Assembly: GCA_965213625.1 (NCBI GenBank)
Contig: CBDBZU010000004.1
Coordinates: forward strand, 320,001 to 384,000
Direction: 5' to 3'
Source of the DNA: a bacterium
GTDB taxonomy: Bacteria > UBA8248
Length of the DNA stretch: 64,000 nt
Position numbers and translations under genes: made by a program
Notes under the pieces: model-generated
Database searches by the model: none
Told to the model about the DNA's origin: nothing
What the model saw: only the letters and a program-made list of their open reading frames with translations
Shown: positions 61,026 to 64,000 of the stretch, piece after piece
Position numbering within the stretch: the stretch's first letter is position 1
How the letters are laid out: the number at the start of each line of letters is the position of its first letter

Positions 61026-62375
61026 TCAGCTTCCGAGAGCCGTAATTCGTCCGCTTCCGAGAGCTTCTATTTGTCCGGGTTCGGGCAGGTTCGCATAGGG
61101 GTCCGGCGCGATGGCGGAGGCGTCACGCTCCCGCATGCACAGGTCCAGCGCCGCGAGGGCGAACATTTTTGTCGTGTCCACCAGCGCATCGACGTGGATG
61201 TGCTCGCCGATATCGGCGTTCCAGCCGTAATCCGCATTAAACGTTCGGCCCGCCAACCCGTACGTGATGGTCTGGATGCCGTAGCGGTTCATGTGGGCGG
61301 CGTCGAGATAGGAAGTCTTTACGATGATGTTGGGCTTTTCTCCCAGAACGTCCTCGTGCGCCCGGATCATCGCTTTGGAAGGCAGCGAATCGACGGGAAT
61401 CCCGGAGGGCGGATGCGAGGAGAACACCTCGACCTTCGCGCCGATGTCGGGTTGCTCCTGGTTGACCTGTTCGATGACTCCCTTGAATTCCGCCTGCACG
61501 TCCTGAATCGTCTGCCCCGGAACCAGGCGAACGTCCACGTAGAGACGGCACTCGATGGGCGAGCGAGCGCAGCGGTAGGGCCATCCGCCCTCGATGGCGG
61601 CCATGTTCACGTGGGGGCGCTCTCCCAGGAACTCGTTGCGGCCCCGGTACTCGGGAATCCACTTCCTGATGGCCGCCTGCACCCGCTCCATGCGCTCGAT
61701 GGCGCTGGCCGTGTAGTCGCCGTAGCACGTATGGCCCATCGACCCGCGCGTGGTGACCTTGAACCAGATCGTGCCCCCGTGCCAGGGCGCTACCTGCATG
61801 CCGGTCGGCTCGCCGAGAATGCAGAAATCCGTCAGATAACCGTGTGAAATAAGATGCCGTGTGCCGACGCCGTAGCCGTCGTAGAGTACGTCCTGGTACT
61901 GGTCGATCCGGTTTTTCTCGATCTCGCCCGCGACGGACGCGAGAACGATGTCGCCCTTGAGCTTCACGCCCGCGTCCGTGAGGGCCTTCGCCGCGCCGAG
62001 GTAGGAGACGTCGGCGCTTTTCATGTTGGCCGCGCCGTTTCCGATAATCCAGTCCCCCTCGCGAATCGCCTTGTTCTTGTAGCCCGGCTGGGTGAGTTCG
62101 GGCTCCTCGCCGGAATAGGAGGTATCCAGATGGCCGTTGAACATCAGGGAATAGCCGCCGCCTGCGCCCGGCGAGATGCCGACCGCGTTGTAGCGGCCCT
62201 CTGCCACCTTTTGCAGATGCGCCTCGTAGCCGGCCTCCTCGTACTTCGCGTGCATGTAGCGGGCCGCCTCCTCCTCATAGCCGGTGGGGCTGGGTATATC
62301 CACGAGTTCCATGGTGGTTTTTATCAGAAATTCCTCATCTACCGCGTCGACGACTTTCTTTTGAAGCTCATCCAT
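61026..62375 (-). CDS. ArgE/DapE-like M20 deacylase
   Basis: IPSPTG.E, FNGHLDT, GNGAANMK, GEPT. Confidence 0.87.
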   Translation of the reverse strand: MDELQKKVVDAVDEEFLIKTTMELVDIPSPTGYEEEAARYMHAKYEEAGYEAHLQKVAEGRYNAVGISPGAGGGYSLMFNGHLDTSYSGEEPELTQPGYKNKAIREGDWIIGNGAANMKSADVSYLGAAKALTDAGVKLKGDIVLASVAGEIEKNRIDQYQDVLYDGYGVGTRHLISHGYLTDFCILGEPTGMQVAPWHGGTIWFKVTTRGSMGHTCYGDYTASAIERMERVQAAIRKWIPEYRGRNEFLGERPHVNMAAIEGGWPYRCARSPIECRLYVDVRLVPGQTIQDVQAEFKGVIEQVNQEQPDIGAKVEVFSSHPPSGIPVDSLPSKAMIRAHEDVLGEKPNIIVKTSYLDAAHMNRYGIQTITYGLAGRTFNADYGWNADIGEHIHVDALVDTTKMFALAALDLCMRERDASAIAPDPYANLPEPGQIEALGSGRITALGS

Positions 62376-62493
62376 GATTCGCGATTCTCCTCGACTCATT
62401 CGATACGCACACAAATCCCCTCACGCCCCACCGGGAGGATGAATCATCCTTCCGGTGGGGCAAGGGGGAAAGTGTTCCGGAATATCTCCCGCC

Positions 62494-63489
62494 TTACTTC
62501 ATCAACCCGAAGTAGGCGTTCTCCACCAACTGGGTGTCGATGTGAGCGGTCACGTCGATGCGCTTGGGCAGCTTGCCCTTCTTCACGCTGACGTCCACGC
62601 CGTCCTGCACTTCCTTGATGTCCCTGTGCGTGATCATCGCGCGGTCCCAACGCATGAACCTGTAGAGATTGCTCTTCACCTTCTTGAGGTCGAAGTCGAA
62701 GCCCTGGCTCTTCCAGAACTCCTGCACTATCTTCGTGGACTCATCGCGGTTGCGGTTCAGGAAACGCATCGCGCGAACGTGCGCGTTCATGAAGCGCTGC
62801 GCGCCGTCGGGGTTTTTCTTCTTGATGTAAGACCACGAACTCGTCAGGAATACCGGAGAAGTGTAGCCTAGCAGTTCGTCGTATTCCTTCGGTCCCATGA
62901 CCATCCGGCCCAGGCCCTTGTCGACGATAATCGAACCCCAGGGCTCCCATGTCAGACCCGCATCCAGCGCGCCGGTCTCGAAGGCGGCGGGAAGCGAACC
63001 GGTTTTCGTGTTGCGGATCTTGAAGTCCTTGTCCGACATGCCGAGGCGCGAGAGATACGTCATCCAGGTGGCCCAGGTGCCGGTGCCCATCTGCGCGCCC
63101 ACGGTCTTGCCCTTGAGGTCTTTTATCGACTTCGTGGTCTTGTCCTTCACGGGCACGAGCACCATGTTCTGGTTCCCGTAGCGGTTGAGCGCGATGCCCA
63201 CGACGTCCAGTCCGCGCGCCGCGATTTGACCCACGCGGGAGCCGCGCGTGCTAATGATGTCGGCGGTGCCGCCGATGAGCGCGTCAATCAGCGCGCGGGG
63301 GCTCGTGACCCGGCGCTTCACGTTGACCCCCTCGGCTTTGTAATAGCCTTTCTTTTCAGCGATGTAGGGGATAGCCGCGTGCGAGGTGTTGTCGTGAATC
63401 AAGTTGATGACGCCTTTCGCGGCCAGCGCACTCGTAGCCATACTCAATACGACGAACGTTGCGATTAAAACCAGGCCGAACCTTTTCAT
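62494..63489 (-). CDS. ABC substrate-binding protein (NitT/TauT/SsuA-like)
   Basis: Signal peptide, KGYYKAEG, DLKGKTVG, WEPW. Confidence 0.87.
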   Translation of the reverse strand: MKRFGLVLIATFVVLSMATSALAAKGVINLIHDNTSHAAIPYIAEKKGYYKAEGVNVKRRVTSPRALIDALIGGTADIISTRGSRVGQIAARGLDVVGIALNRYGNQNMVLVPVKDKTTKSIKDLKGKTVGAQMGTGTWATWMTYLSRLGMSDKDFKIRNTKTGSLPAAFETGALDAGLTWEPWGSIIVDKGLGRMVMGPKEYDELLGYTSPVFLTSSWSYIKKKNPDGAQRFMNAHVRAMRFLNRNRDESTKIVQEFWKSQGFDFDLKKVKSNLYRFMRWDRAMITHRDIKEVQDGVDVSVKKGKLPKRIDVTAHIDTQLVENAYFGLMK

Positions 63490-63575
63490 CTTATCTTCCT
63501 CCACGTTTGAGAGAACCAGTTGCCTCAACTACGTTAACCAAAGATAAAACGATCGGAACCGGCGAGGAGCGCCTT

Positions 63576-63938
63576 TCACTCTCTCGCCGGGTGAAAAATG
63601 GCCAGAAGCTTTACGTTTTTTTCCCCTCCCGTCATGCTGCGGTGCATCGTCTTGCGGGGCAGGAAAATACAGTCGCCGCCCCGAAACTCGATGCTCCTGT
63701 CCTCCAACTCGTATCGACCCTCGCCTTCGATAATGTAGATGAGTTCGTCTTCTTCGTGATCGTGCCAGTCATGCGTCTCGCCGGGACGGAACACCGTAAG
63801 CCAGGCATCGACGTCCCAGCCGTGGTCCTCCCGCGAAGTCATCCGCCAGGCTTGCGCACCACCGTCGAGCACCTTGTGCTTCCGGGTTTCTGGCCGTATC
63901 AGACAGGCTTTCCGTTCGCCCAATTCCCATCTCTCCAA
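63576..63938 (-). CDS. Cupin domain protein
   Basis: WHDHEEDELIYIIEG, GDCIFLP..TMH. Confidence 0.85.
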   Translation of the reverse strand: MERWELGERKACLIRPETRKHKVLDGGAQAWRMTSREDHGWDVDAWLTVFRPGETHDWHDHEEDELIYIIEGEGRYELEDRSIEFRGGDCIFLPRKTMHRSMTGGEKNVKLLAIFHPARE

Positions 63939-64000
63939 ACACTTGTCCCGAGCGCGAGATGAAACCGCCGTATATGAAATTTGAATGATATACAGAAATG

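Overview
GC-rich bacterial chromosome segment. The gene content (TbpB-like lipoproteins, paired Arm-domain integrases, many TRAP/TTT/ABC transporters, hydantoinases, a sterol reductase homologue) suggests a marine, possibly sponge-associated symbiont; this is inference. About 1-17 kb is a decaying integrative element. It holds surface lipoproteins, a serine-recombinase relic, a ribbon-helix-helix (RHH) gene with palindromic boxes, and a conjugative leading-region-like block (DUF2493, DUF4326, ssb, a small acidic ORF, a Cys-repeat protein). That block contains a long fold-back that looks like an Frpo-type single-stranded-DNA promoter. The element also carries a DHPS-type TRAP cargo (hpsKLM, hpsP) whose hpsN/hpsO genes are reduced to a fused relic, and two tandem tyrosine integrases. 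About 17-64 kb is mostly catabolic: two hydantoinase/oxoprolinase pairs, an ERG4/ERG24 sterol reductase homologue, NitT/TauT ABC systems, fhs, cupins, MmgE/PrpD, tctABC and an AtuA/DUF4387/RidA/M20/FAH operon. It is interrupted by a Fic gene, an AT-rich OLD-like ATPase-TOPRIM gene, a GIY-YIG-like/membrane protein bicistron and several REP/MITE elements. An AhpD-like gene that the ORF track splits in two is best read as one selenoprotein (CxxU at TGA 53192-53194). No tRNA, rRNA or CRISPR array was seen. All family calls come from motif recognition by eye, not database searches.
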